Below, piece after piece: positions 24,478 through 37,059 of a stretch of 64,000 nt of DNA. The notes beneath the pieces were generated by a model. It made no database searches. It was not told where the DNA came from and was given only the letters and a program-made list of their open reading frames with translations. A program made the translations under genes and the position numbers. Numbering within the stretch: the first letter of the stretch is position 1; every line of letters starts with the position of its first letter. This stretch comes from Microbotryum violaceum (lineage: Eukaryota), in the NCBI GenBank assembly GCA_001244265.2, contig CDLV01000009.1, forward strand, positions 558,001-622,000. The letters run 5' to 3'.

Positions 24478-26518
24478 ATGCGCATCACCATCACCTCCGA
24501 AGCAGGAGATCACTTCATCAACCTCGACGTCGACCCCTCGATGGAGGTCGAGAATGTAAAAGCATTGTTGGAAGCCGAGGTGAGTACGCGCTCGTTTATC
24601 TGAAGATGGCAGGACCAGAAGTTGTAGACGGTGTTATTGGAGGTTAGAGTCCCGCTCAGGCTCCCCCCCGCCAGTTCCCCCCACATGGACGGCGCTTCGT
24701 CATCGCATCGCTCGATCCCAGACTCTGACCGAGGCGCTGACGGAGGCGCTGACCGTCTCTCCTTACAATCATCGGGACCCAGTCCAACGTTCCCACAGCA
24801 GACCAACTTCTCTTCTTCTCCGGTCGACAACTCTTGGGGGACAAGGACTCCTTGGCGGTGAGTCGACGACTTCTGATTCAACTTTCTTCATGACCGCTTG
24901 CGAGAGTCGAGACTCACGGCCTTCGATTTTTGAGCGCGGGCACACAGAGCTACGACATCAAGGAGGACGATATGCTTCTCTTGAGGAGAAAGAGCAACGA
25001 ACCTGCCGCTGCACCTTCGGTCGCAGGGCGTAATGTCGAGACCGATGCCGAGACGATGCGCCAGCAACTCATCGGGAACCCTCAATTGCTGTCCCAGTTG
25101 CAAAGGGTGAGCTGCTCGCGAGCTTTGCCGTCATCGCTCCTCAAACTTGTAAACCAAACCGTATCTCGCGTGTCGTGCATCACAGACGCAACCCGAATTC
25201 GCCGACGCAGCGCTCAACAACCCCGACCGATTCCGTGACATGCTGTCGAGATTTTCGGCGATGCAACAATCCGCGCAACTGACCCAACAGCACGAGGCCG
25301 ACTTGCTCAGTAGCGACCCTTACAACGTCGAGGCGCAACGCAAGATCGAGGAGGCCATTCGGCAAGAGGCAGTGTTGGAGAACATGGAAACCGCTTGGGA
25401 GAACATGCCCGAAGCGTTGAGTCCAGAGCTGATGCGCGTGAGCATTGATATGGGCGAAGAGCTTGCTCATCGTTTGGGTTCTCGCGATAGTTTCGGGCAT
25501 GTACACATGCTTTACGTCAATGTTGAGGTCAACGGGCACTCGGTCAAGGCATTCGTCGATTCTGGAGCCCAAGCCACAATCAGTCAGTGGAGCCCTCGGT
25601 CGAAGGCTGCCACCGCCAGCAGACACTGATGAATCTACCCGATTTGTTTTGGTTTTTGCAGTGTCGCCTGATTGTGCCGAACGATGTGGTATCATGCGCT
25701 TGCTCGACACTCGTTTCGCTGGCATGGCTCGAGGTGTAGGAACGGCCAAGATCTTGGGACGAGTACACAGCGCTCAACTCAAAATGGGCCAAGACCTCTT
25801 CCTCCAATGTAGTTTCACAATCTTAGAGGTGTGTGTGGTGCTGAGGGGCTATCATGTTCCTTGGATGCGTTGTGGAAAAAGAGGTTGACCTTTTTATACC
25901 TTTGCTTTGGTTCGCACAGGGGAAGGACGTTGACTTGTTGTTTGGGCTGGACATGCTGAAGCGACACCAGGCGTGCATCGACTTGCAGAAGGATGCGCTC
26001 GTCATCCAAGGGAGGGAGATCAGGTTCTTGTCCGAGCACGAACTGCCGAATAGCTTCGAAAATGGGCCGATAGGGGATGAGCCAGCTGGGTGAGTGAATG
26101 TCTTGGTCGAGGTCTCAGTCAAGTTGACACAACTGCCTAACGGGAGTAACTCAGCGCCGACAGAACATCGCAATCTTTGTCCGCACCAGCAGTCGGCTCA
26201 GGCCCCGGTTCAGCATCAGCACCAACGGCGTCGACTTCCGCCTTCCCGGGATCGGGCCAAGCCTTGGGAGCGCCTCCTAACCGAGCCGCCCCGTTGGCAG
26301 GGCCGTCTACCTCCTCCTCCTCATTCGCCCCCTCTTCCGGCCCCGCATCTCACTCGACCTCGACGACGACACCACAACCCCCTTCCAAACATTCCGAAGA
26401 CAAGATTTTCAACCTTGTCGCTTTGGGCGTTTCGAGACCGGAGGCGATCAAATTGCTCGATTTGACCAATGGCCACGTCGAACAAGCTGCTGGGCTGCTC
26501 TTTTCGGGCGATTTCTGA
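24478..26518 (+). CDS. DDI1: DNA-damage-inducible protein Ddi1 (UBL, retropepsin, UBA)
   Basis: UBL start MRITITSE...; [91 protein letters not shown]-terminal UBA. Confidence 0.96.
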
Positions 26519-27728
26519 GCACGGGTATGGATGCTTTCTGCGTTGCGACCAATTCTTGCAATTGTAATTAGATTCCTCCATCTGCTCTGTACACAAGTCC
26601 AGTGTTGCATCACCCCTAAACTTGCTCACTGCCAGCCAGGAAGTCGGATGCCCTGATCGGCGGTCGTGTACTCGGGGAAAACTCTGATAGTTTCAAAGCC
26701 ACGAACACCACATGATAGACCTTTTTGTCTTTGGCTTTATTGAAGCAAAAGCAAAGCCGGCAAAAATAAGAAGATCAAGTTTGATGAGACCAAAAGACGA
26801 ACTGTTTCTTGGCTTTCTACTTTCACGTGCGTGACGTGGTGTTTCAGAAGTCCACCGTCAGCGACTCTATAACCCTCCCATCCGAAACGGGAAAACTCTG
26901 GCCTCCGCAGCCTGTTCTAGGTGCCTACTAGACTGAAAATACCCTTTTGCGGGCACGATTTATAACTTTGCAAGTTAACTATCTGTGTTTATAGTTGGCA
27001 ATGTTTCGATGAAGGCGCCTCTGATATGCATAACGAGCTCTGCTACTGTAATTACAAACTGTCGTTCTCGCCCGCTAGACTAAAAGCAAGTCGTAGATAA
27101 AACTTGATAGTTCTGAAGCTACTTTTAGAGTTGTTCTGTACGACATCCCATTGCATTGTGCTCGTTGGCTCGGTATCTCAAGTCGGCGCTTAAGTTTGGC
27201 AAACAACAGCCAGTATCAAGCAAGTCATGATCGAGTGGCGATTCTTAAAGCCATGATAAATGCCCCTTGTTTTAACTTGGTAGCCGATGGGAAAGCACGC
27301 GCGAATTAATGAACCACTGGTTCATTGATCCGAGTTTCGACTCGGATCGGCGGACGGACGTCCGGCTGCGCTGTTCCTGCCAGCCAGGACGGACTCATAC
27401 CGCAGATGGGCAAAGAATTCGTCGAGCTTGATTGCAAGCATCAGTTTTGAAGGATGCTTGGCTCCCACCGGCTTCCGCTTAGCAGCTTTAACATCAGTTT
27501 TTAAACGATTCGTCGTAGTGGCGAGTCGTGACTCCTCGTGAGGGACTTGGCCGCGGCGGCCGCTCGATCTCCGGATCGCACTCTCAGCTTACCGATCGCG
27601 TTTAATTGATGAGCGAAGTGCTTCGCTTATTAGTCCGCCGTGGCCACTGTCCTTTGAACTACTCACTGCCATCGCTTTGCTTCTGTCCTTCCGCCACCGT
27701 TGAGCGGACCATAAGTTGGTGACACGCT

Positions 27729-29506
27729 ATGCCTTACGTGACATTGCCCGGCTCGATCGAGCTGTATTGGGAAGCCTACGGGCCGCGCCGAGACAAACTA
27801 GATCCGTCTGGGCCAGACACCAAATGGGCCGAACCCGAAAGCCCATCGACTTCGACCTCGACCTCCTACCGATCCATCGAACTCAAGCCGGATGGCTCGC
27901 TGGACCTCCGTACGGACGTCCCGACCTTGATCGTCTTGGCGCCGATCTGGCTTGACTTGAGCTATTGCCAGTCCCTGTTCGATCGCTTCGCGCCGCAATA
28001 CCAGATCGTCGCCCTGGAGAATCGGTCCCATGGCCGATCAACAAGGAGCCCCGTCATGCCCTCGTTCGACTTCTTCGTGTCGGCTGCCGACGTTGGTGCG
28101 TTGAGACGATCTCTTTGATCGGGATGTAGAGAGTTAGAGCTGACGAGGCACTTCCATCGGCTGTGGGTGGCAGCTTTCGCCATGGTGAGCGGACGTGCGA
28201 TCTCAATCGGCTCTCGATCGAGATCAGAACGGAATGGACTGGTCCTCCCTACTTTTGGTCCTACAGGAAGCCTTGTCTATACCACCGAGTCACGTGTTCT
28301 GCTCAGGAGCTTTGGCTTTTCAAGGTAGGAAATTCGGGACCCTTTGAGCTCTCCACGTGGGTCGACGTGCTGACTTTAGCTTGTCTTCTTATCAGTCGGT
28401 CTCAAACTGTGCCTGCTGTTCCCGAATCAAGTCCTGTCACTTGCGCTCGTCGGAGCAGGACAGCTCTTTGCTCCGCCAGATCATGTTGAAGTGTACGTCC
28501 ACCTTTCTTTGGGGAAGGAAGGAGGCGACATGGTTTGCTGACCAGCTCTCCGGTCATCGCCCACCGACAGATTCGAAGAACTCGACCAATGTTGGTTCTT
28601 CCCCGTCGATGAAGGGGACTATTACGAGACCTTGGAGGCCATCTCCGAGATCTTCCTCAGCGATTACAACCATCGGGAAGATAGCGCGTCGATCGAGCTC
28701 AAGGACCGGATCGTCAACACCTTCATCAGGAGATACAACCCCTATCGACTGCCTTCCGCGCTCGAGGTGACCCGGCCGAATCATCGGCATCCTTGTCTAG
28801 GGACCGAGGATTTGTCGGGTGTCAAGCAGCCGGTTATGCTCTTACACGGAGGGTTGGACAAGTGCTATTCTCCCGATACGGTGAGGGGCGAGGTCCCAGC
28901 TTGGCTACAAAGTTCGAAAGAGGTCGATTGGCACGTCATCGAGGGCGCCCCCCACCTTTTGGCGCTCACGCACCCCGAACTCGTCAATGACTATTGGGCC
29001 AAGTTTCTGGCTCGCCATTCCGTTCTTAACTCGACTTGGATACCACTCGACCGTGACTACGCCCTTCAGGTGCTTGCAGGCTTGGCACGGCATACTAACG
29101 GCGAGATCGCACCGGAGGACATCCTGCAACGCTCAGGCGACGACCCACACGATTTTTCGCTCGTGACGCCCTTGGAGGTGGACTTGACGCGCGCTCAGAT
29201 CGTCAAATTCAGTCAGTATGGCGCCGAGGTGTGCCGACTACAGTTCCCTGGTCGTTACACGGCCGATCCTTGGGATGTCTCGGTGCGAACCAAGAAGGGC
29301 AGAAGCTTTAGTCAGGAAGAGTGGACGTGAGTCGGATTCTCGGCTCCACTGCGATCGACCGAAATTCACAGATACTGACATGTGTTGCTTTGCTCAATCC
29401 ATTCAGTATATCTCGTCGTCATGTCCTCGACGACCGATTTCAAGCCCCTCGAAAACCGATGAACCCTCAGGGAATCTCCGTGTCGGTGCTCGCCGACCGT
29501 TTCTAG
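27729..29506 (+). CDS. Alpha/beta-hydrolase-fold protein, tandem copy 1
   Basis: IVALENRSHGRS, FDFFVSAADVAFAMEAL, PVMLLHGGLD, IEGAPHLL; intron positions shared with copy 2. Confidence 0.85.
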
Positions 29507-30329
29507 ACGCCAGCATCACCGTTGGTCCCATCCGGAATAAGAGAGCGTCTTTCTTCGCCGCTGCCAGGGAAGAATTTGTCTGGGAGATCTTCGACACGAA
29601 TCCCTTGATCGAGGCTGAACGCTGTAGGATAACGGTGACATTTGTTTGTTGGTTCGTATATAACGCTGGCGAAGGCTGGTCGGGTTACCCTAACTAGTAA
29701 AAGAAAAGTGTCGATCCGCGACCCATGTACTGGCGAAGGCTGGTCGGATGACTGCTTACGACAAAGACTTGTTAAAGCGTTTGTAGAAGATTGTAAGATT
29801 GTACAAATCCGATTGAACATAATAGACCTGGGTGCTAATCACTCTGGTGAGTCTTGTCTCCTAGGTGCGTATTCACATACCCGCCCACCTACCTATCGCC
29901 GCGGATATTCCCCTACCCGGTGGCAGACCAGTTGGGCATCGTCTGGTGTGAGTTGGGACCCTTTCTACTGCAATTTAGGGGATCGCGTGACCGGGCGCGC
30001 CTGGCCTAAATGTGCAATGTGGCGAGGCCAATGATCGTGCGGGGGTTTTGGACCGTGCGGCGGACAGCCTAATTAAACTACGCAGGCCAAGGACGCCTTT
30101 GACAGCTTCGGCGGTTAATATTGAAGCCAGGGGGTCGTAATTGGAACACGCGATTGCCCACAGCGGCGCCGACTCGGGAGTCGAATCGCGGAGACTGCGA
30201 GAGCTAGCTGCTGTGCGTCTGGCCCACCGGCGACACTATCTTGTTGAGCCACTCGTCGATTCTTCTCTCTCACGGTGCTTCCATTGCTTTGTCACCTTTC
30301 CAGCCTCGCAAAACCGGGGTTCCATCAAG

Positions 30330-32229
30330 ATGGCGATAGTCGAGCTTCCCGGGGGATTGGAGATGTATTACGAGGTTCACACGGCGGCGCGTGGCACTCG
30401 TGAAAGCTCGGATCAACCGCTGGATGAAGTCGGGCTGAACCCCACCGCGGCCACGATCGTCGTTCTCACGCCCATCTGGCTCGACTGCACCTACCTCTCC
30501 AACATGATCGAGGACATGTCGCCGATGTACAACATTGTCGCTTTCGAACTTCGGTCGCATGGGAGAACTTTTCAGGCACAAAAGAGCCCCCGCTATGATT
30601 GCGCTACCGCCGCGGCGGATATTGGTGAGGCTCGCGTTCGCTCGGCGTCTCCGAGTCGGAAGATTCGGCGTCTCGGACATGCGTCACCATATGCTGAACT
30701 GCTCGAACTGCTTCCCCCTTTTTTTTTCCTGCTGCATTATGCTGATTCCTTTCACGCTGCCCATCCCTACGTGTCCGTTCGTCAGCCTTCGCTATGGTGA
30801 GTTTTAGCACGCGCTCGGGCCGCAGATGAGCTACAAGCTGGACCGGCGCGCTAACAGCGAGGAACCGGGCCGTATACCCCAATAGGAGATTCTTCGCGTA
30901 CCGCCGAGCCATGTTTGTGCCAACGGCTTTGCGGGGTTTCGAAGTCAGTAACCCCTATTCCTAGGTGGGGGCGGCGGCCCCTGCGTCACGAACGACGACA
31001 ACCTTTGTCGTCAGCGTGCTGATGACGCTTTGGTTCTTCAATGGCTTCTTCTCCAGTTGCACTCAAGTTGTGCAAGATGTTCCCAAACCAAGTGCTCTCT
31101 TACACTCAGGCTGGCGTCGGTCCGCTTTTCTCACCGCGGGAAGACGTCAAGATTTTCAAAGAGGTCATAGATTTTTGGTTCTTCGTGAGTCGCCTGAGCG
31201 AGGCGCATACTGAAGGTCCGAACCACTGAATTTAGCCTTACTTGTTGTTTTCAGCCGCAAGATCCGAGCGATTTCTTCGAAGCGATGGATGCGATGTCCC
31301 AGATGCTGCTGAGTAGCGACGAGTGGGACGAAACTCCCGAATTGGTCGCGCTCAAGGATCGCATGCTCGGGACAATGATACGACGGTATAATCCGTATAT
31401 GCTCTTGAAGGCACATGAGGTGAGATGCCCCGTGAGAGTGCGCCCTTCGCCACGCCCCGGCTCACTGAAAAAGTTTCTCTTTCCTTTCGCCCCCAGGTGG
31501 CTCGGGTCAATCTGAGGCCGTGTCGTATCTCGCCCGCCGATCTCGCCGACTTCCCGCATCCACTTCTGCTGCTCCATGGCACCTCCGATCTCTGCTTTCC
31601 CCCAGCAGTTATTCAACGCGACATCGTCGACAATCTCGTCGGCGCCCACGAGATCACCTGGCGGTTAATCCGAGGCGCGCCCCATTCGATGCTGCTCACG
31701 CACTGGCCGCAGATTAAAGAAGAATGGATGCCGTTCCTGGAACGACACCCCAAGTTTTCTTCCGAGCCAGTGCCTCTCGATCGACCTTACGCACTCAGTG
31801 TCGTAGCCAAACTGGCCCGGAATGCGAGCGACGAACTTTCAGCATCGATTCTTGCCCGGAGCGGCAACGAGCAGACCGACTTCTCGCTCTGCACGCCGGA
31901 GGAGGTCCGCCAGGCAGCGGAGGACTTGCAGGCATTCAAAAAGTACAGTGAGAGTTGTCGGATGTACCTGCCTGGGATCGATGTCCCCGAGAGTTGGGAT
32001 CAACCAATAGACAAACGGTCCAGCAGAGAATGGACGTAAGTAGCAGCGATCTTTGGTTCGGCTCGGCGGTCCTCCGAGAAGGGCGGACGGAAGGTATGCT
32101 GACCGGATCCCTACCATGCACCACAGTTTTTCAAAACGCCATCTTTTCGACGAGCCGAGTCATTCCAGTCCGGTAGATCTCATAGCCGGCGGGATCGAGG
32201 TTATGACCGTGGACAGCAGTGCCACTTGA
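30330..32229 (+). CDS. Alpha/beta-hydrolase-fold protein, tandem copy 2
   Basis: MAIVELPGGLEMYYE, IVAFELRSHGRT, AAADIAFAMEIL, PLLLLHGTSD, IRGAPHSM; collinear with copy 1. Confidence 0.85.
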
Positions 32230-32809
32230 CTCCCGTCTTGACGACCTCGGATTTCTGTTGACGATTTCATCGTTGTCACCTATGTATTCTTGCTCTCCCT
32301 TATGGATAAAATATTATATTGCAGCTGCATGTTTCTACCCAGATTGATCCACGATTCGACGCTCTCCTATGTCAAATCGGCGCTCACTTTCAACTCGGGG
32401 AGCGCAAGCACTCCGTGCCGAAGCACATCCTCATCGCCTGCGAGTGTCTTTGCTTTCAGACCAAACCTACTCGTTATGCGCGGCTGAGTAACGTTTTGAT
32501 TACACGAGCAAGCAGTATCACAGGTACAAGGGTGGTATTTTGACAAACGTTATTCGCGGCTGTTCGAATCCCCCCCCCCCCTCCCCCCTATCTCCACCCG
32601 CGAGAAAGAAAGGCTAAATAAATTTCTGCGTAAGGAGCAAAGCGACTAGGGTTCTTCGGATGAGGTGGACGAACATACTGCACCGGCAGATATAAAGTCT
32701 CGGCAAACGGGTCGGCTCTTGAAACGCGTGAAGTGAGTCGGCGTGAGGCGCTGTGATCGATCTGTGAACCTCCGGTCACGCCAGCTGTCGAACAGGAGAT
32801 GCGATCGAG

Positions 32810-33215
32810 GCAGGGGAGGGGGCCCAGCTTATCGGCTACCACATGCCGGAACAGTGTTCAGCTCGCTAACAGCTTGCTCTGCATCCTATAAATAGCAACA
32901 AGAAGACTGATTCAGCATCTGCTACATGGACTGCATGCACTAGTGTCAACGAGCGCTGTCGTCCAGCGACCATTGCAGGGGGCTTAAGCGACGACACGAA
33001 GCTGAACCGTCGACCGCACCCTAGCTACTCAGGATTCAGGACGATGAAAGAGAGGGTACTAACCGGGAGGTTGACAAAGTCTACAAACCCAAGGCCTTGC
33101 CGGACCAAGATGTCACACAGTGGGCCATCTTACCCAAGGGCTCCTCGAGTATGCTGGAGGTTGAATAACTGATGCTGGCGACAGATAGGTGGAGGTTAAG
33201 GGTGTGTGTGTCTGG
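32810..33215 (-). pseudogene. Degenerate RRM-domain gene fragment
   Basis: LHLSVASISYSTS (RNP2-like), frameshift, GPLCDILVRQGLGFVDFVNLP (RNP1), intron 33063-32886, DAEQAVSELNTVPACGSR*. Confidence 0.5.
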
Positions 33216-33532
33216 AGGGCGCTCAATAGAAGCGATGTGCGCGCGCGACTTGAACGACGGAGAGGAGCCCCGTGACAGAAAGTCAAAGGCTGAGCTGGGC
33301 ACTCGCTGGCTCGACAGTGGCTCGACCCGAGTGCACAGGCACCTGGGATGTGCGGTCGCGAGTTCGGTCTCGGTGTAAAAGCTGGTCTTCACTGTTGGTG
33401 TAACTTTCTGTCCGGACTAGGCATGCGAGTTAGGTCGTCGAGGTCAGGTAGGTATAGCAAGTACAACAGTCTATGGGCAAGCGCACAATCGTCGGAGGTA
33501 CTAGTGGTGAGGGCATCTATACATCCAAGACT

Positions 33533-34465
33533 TCAAGCCGGTCGACTCGGGCCGTATACGGTCTTGACCCTCTTCTCGAACCCATCAATCATCAGACCAC
33601 TGACCTTCTCCCACAGCGCGCTGACTGCAGCGGCGTGGAAGGGCGAGATGAACGAGTAGGCAATGTAAAGATCGACCTTGGTTCGAGGCACATCTTTTCG
33701 AGTCGGTAGCGGTGTGAGAGACCATTTGGTTTCCAAGTGCTTGAAGATGTTCGAGTTGTTTGCGGTGGCCTAATGAAGTCGGTCGGAGGATTTCGGTGCG
33801 GTAAATGTCTCGGTCCGATCGGACATATTCTTCGCCATGTTCAGGACCAAAAACGTACAGAGACCGATGCCCACTTCTTCGCTCTGATATGCGAAACATA
33901 AGCCTCTTGGTACCCCATTGCGCCAACCTGTAGCTCGCCTTGAAGGTTCCACACCTCCCCAAGCTGACCGCCTCGAAGCCATTCCTTGATCTCGACAGGA
34001 CGAGCCTGCTTGCCGAGATTCGAGCTCGGGGGTGGGGTAATTGAAGCGGACAAGATGCGGGACTCGGTCGTGAAAGGAAGAAAGGACTTGTAGGCATCGA
34101 CATCGGCGATAATCGAATAGAGCTGTTGAGGGTCATACCTGAGTTACGAGATAGCAGCGGCAATTTCGGTTTCGGTCATCCGGTGCCGATCGGCCTCGAA
34201 CAAAGCAAGGTCTGGACGGGTTCACTAAAGCCTGTGCACGCAGCAGTGAGACGCACCCCATTTCCCGAGACTCCTCATAGATGGAAAGCGAGCCACTCTT
34301 GGTCAAAGTCCCTTTTACGAGCGAAGCTGCGCCGGTTGAAGACGACGACGATGACGATACGAACGGGGACGGAAAGCCGAAGAGCGATCGGGTTTGTATG
34401 GGTTGCGCGATGCGTTGTAGAGGTTGGATCGTACCCCGAAGCGAAGGGATAGCTTTGGATGCCAT
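33533..34465 (-). CDS. COQ10: Coenzyme Q-binding START-domain protein Coq10
   Basis: Presequence then YEESREMG|YDPQQLYSIIADVDAYKSFLPFTTESRI...YQEAYVSH...FKHLETKWSL...MIDGFEKRV. Confidence 0.92.
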
Positions 34466-34786
34466 ACTTGCCGAGTCTATGCGAAAGTGTGGGTATATGT
34501 ATGAGGGATGAACGTGACAAGTCGGTAAGACATCTGGGGGTAACGACTCGCTCACGCTCTGACTACTGTGGCTCTGGCGATCGCAGGCGCCTGCAAGCGC
34601 CCCCCACCTTTTCGCGCGCCTTCGCATTGCGCGCCTAAGTGCGCCGCTGCCTCCGCACTCGTCTTCCCTTCCTTCCACGTTTGACTCATAATCCACGTTT
34701 GATTTTGCTTGCTCCAATAAGGAGCGTTTATCTCCCCAGAGCGGCTCTGTCGTCGGTGCATCCCTTGAGAAGGGTGGTGCCTTGCC

Positions 34787-36827
34787 ATGGTCGCCGCGTC
34801 GGCCACGGCGGTACAGACCGTCAAGGCGGAACCGGTCGACGAAAGAGCAAGTCTGCTGCAGCGCCTTGCGTCTCCAAACGCCATCAACGCTCGCGCTCCG
34901 GACCAGAATATTTCGGCATCGATATCAAAACCTGGTATCGCTCCGACCTCGACCTCGGCCGCGTCCGCTCTGCAAGCCGAAGAGGGCTCACCAGCGACGA
35001 ACAAACCGGTCGTACCTGGCACCGCCGCGGCAGGAGGCCAGATCTTGACAGGAGGCGTCAACCCGCAAAAAATCTATATAGGGAATCTACCCCAGTCGGC
35101 GACGCTGGCCGATCTGGAGGACTGCTTTGGCCAATTTGGCCCTTGCACTTGCGCGATCAAACGTGGCTTTGGTTTCGCCGTGAGTACATGCCCCGATCAC
35201 GCCTTTCTCGTCAACGCTGGGCTATCTGGTTGTTCAACTCAGATGTCTCTGAAGCTTACCGTGCCGTTCTCTGCTCGCCCTAGGAATTCGCCAGCCCCGA
35301 GCATGCCAAGGCCGCCGTCGCCAAGTACCACCAGGGTCACTTTCTCGGGTCGCAAATCACCGTGCAGCTCTCGCACGAGAGGATATACCTCGGCAAAAAG
35401 TCGGACAACAGCAAAAATACTCGCACACCTCCTTCGCCGACCAAATTATCTCAAGGTCTGCCAGCCCCTACGAGCCGACCTGCGGCGTCGGACAAGCCCC
35501 GCGGCAGTCGCACCAAGCAAGTATTATCCGGCCTGTGAACACATACCTCAATGCCCAGATTTTTTTTTCCCTTACAAGGCTCTTTGCTTTCTATTTCATC
35601 AGGGGTAAGGATACATCGGAACCAAGTCCCAAAGCCAAGCCGGCGCCTACTGCGGCAGCAACGGTGGAGCCCATCGAAACCTTGCCCCCTCTGCGCTTCG
35701 TGATGGACCACGTCGGGCCTGCAGCGCAGGCTGTTTCGATGCCACCCAAGACCTCGCCGGGCGTGTACGAACGAAGTGACCGTTACGTACCTCAGCTACC
35801 TGGTGCTGCGCCTCCTGTGCCCCATGCCCGAGCGGTCGGCAGCGCCGACGAACTCCGCGCTGCCTTCACTTCCGTCCTTCCCGAGGCGTATCCTCTCGCG
35901 CCTTCATATGCAGTCCCTCGCTTCGACCATCGACCAGACGCTTACGCCGATCATCGTACTTCAACCGCTTCTACCCCTCGTGCACTCGGGTACGCCTACC
36001 GAGCGAATCTCGATGCGAACCCATATCAGCAGCAGCCCCAGCCCCCGGTGTCTTCCTACGATCGCAACCCTCTCCCCGAGTTCATTTCCAGCTACGATCG
36101 CGCACTCTCAGCCCCAGCCCTCGATACTATTCCCTACCCTCCCATTCCAGACAACCTTCGATTTTCTTCGCGATCCAATCCGCTGCCGACTCCTTTGCGA
36201 GCATGTTCACCTCCGCCGTCAGCCGCTTACTATGCGGGACTCTCGCCGGCACGCGATCATCCCAGGGAACCCCCAGCGTCTCGGCAATACTCTTACCAAG
36301 AGCCCGACTATCCCCCTCCTCGAGATTACAATGGCTTTGATCACTACGACCCCCGCCGACCTGCTGCGTCGCACCCGTATGAGAGTCATGCGTACCTGCC
36401 GACGGGTCTGACCCAGGCATTGCCTCACCGCGATCGGGAAGAAATTCGCTACGATGCTCGAGCCGGCCCTGTAAGGGACTATGCTCGGGAAGCTGCTCGC
36501 TACCAGCCGTATGGTCGCTCCCTCCCTCCTCCCTCGCATCTGTCGCTGGATCCATCCACCTCGACGGTCCGCGACTCGCCGTTTGGCGCGGTTGGCAGCC
36601 CTGTCCCGTGAGTAGCAGCTTGGAGCGCTAATCTGTCGAGCTGGCGCATTCCAAATTGGCTAATTGTGGACTACACTTCTTGGTGCACTTTTCGTAGCCA
36701 TGCTCCCGATTCGAGTTACGCTCGTTCCGCCGGCGACGAAAGGCGCTATGCCGACCCCTCGTACGGGGCTCGATCTCCGGTCGATCACGACTGGCCTGAC
36801 TGGGGCGCTTCGTACGCTCGACGATGA
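34787..36827 (+). CDS. Single-RRM RNA-binding protein with long Pro/Tyr/Arg/Asp-rich disordered tail
   Basis: KIYIGNLP (RNP2), KRGFGFA|EF (RNP1), AKAAVAKYHQGHFLGSQITVQLSH; low-complexity C-terminus. Confidence 0.75.
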
Positions 36828-37059
36828 CATGGTAAGACGGGATATTGATATCCTATACTTTGTAGCAAACCTCATATAGATACGGTGAGAATAGAATGTG
36901 CTGTCTGAAGTATTGGTGTGACGTGTGACGGCTGCCTGAATCGTGGTGCTCAGAAAGGGTCAAAATGGGCTCCATCCGGCTCCAGTCCCAAGTCACGGGA
37001 CTTCGGCGGGCGACCGGCTTTCTCGCTCCCCGAGCGAAGACAGCAAGGGCCGACGACCG

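Noticed and set aside
29666-29747. 18-bp direct repeat CTGGCGAAGGCTGGTCGG x2
   Set aside because: Isolated local duplication in a 3' intergenic region with no further structure.
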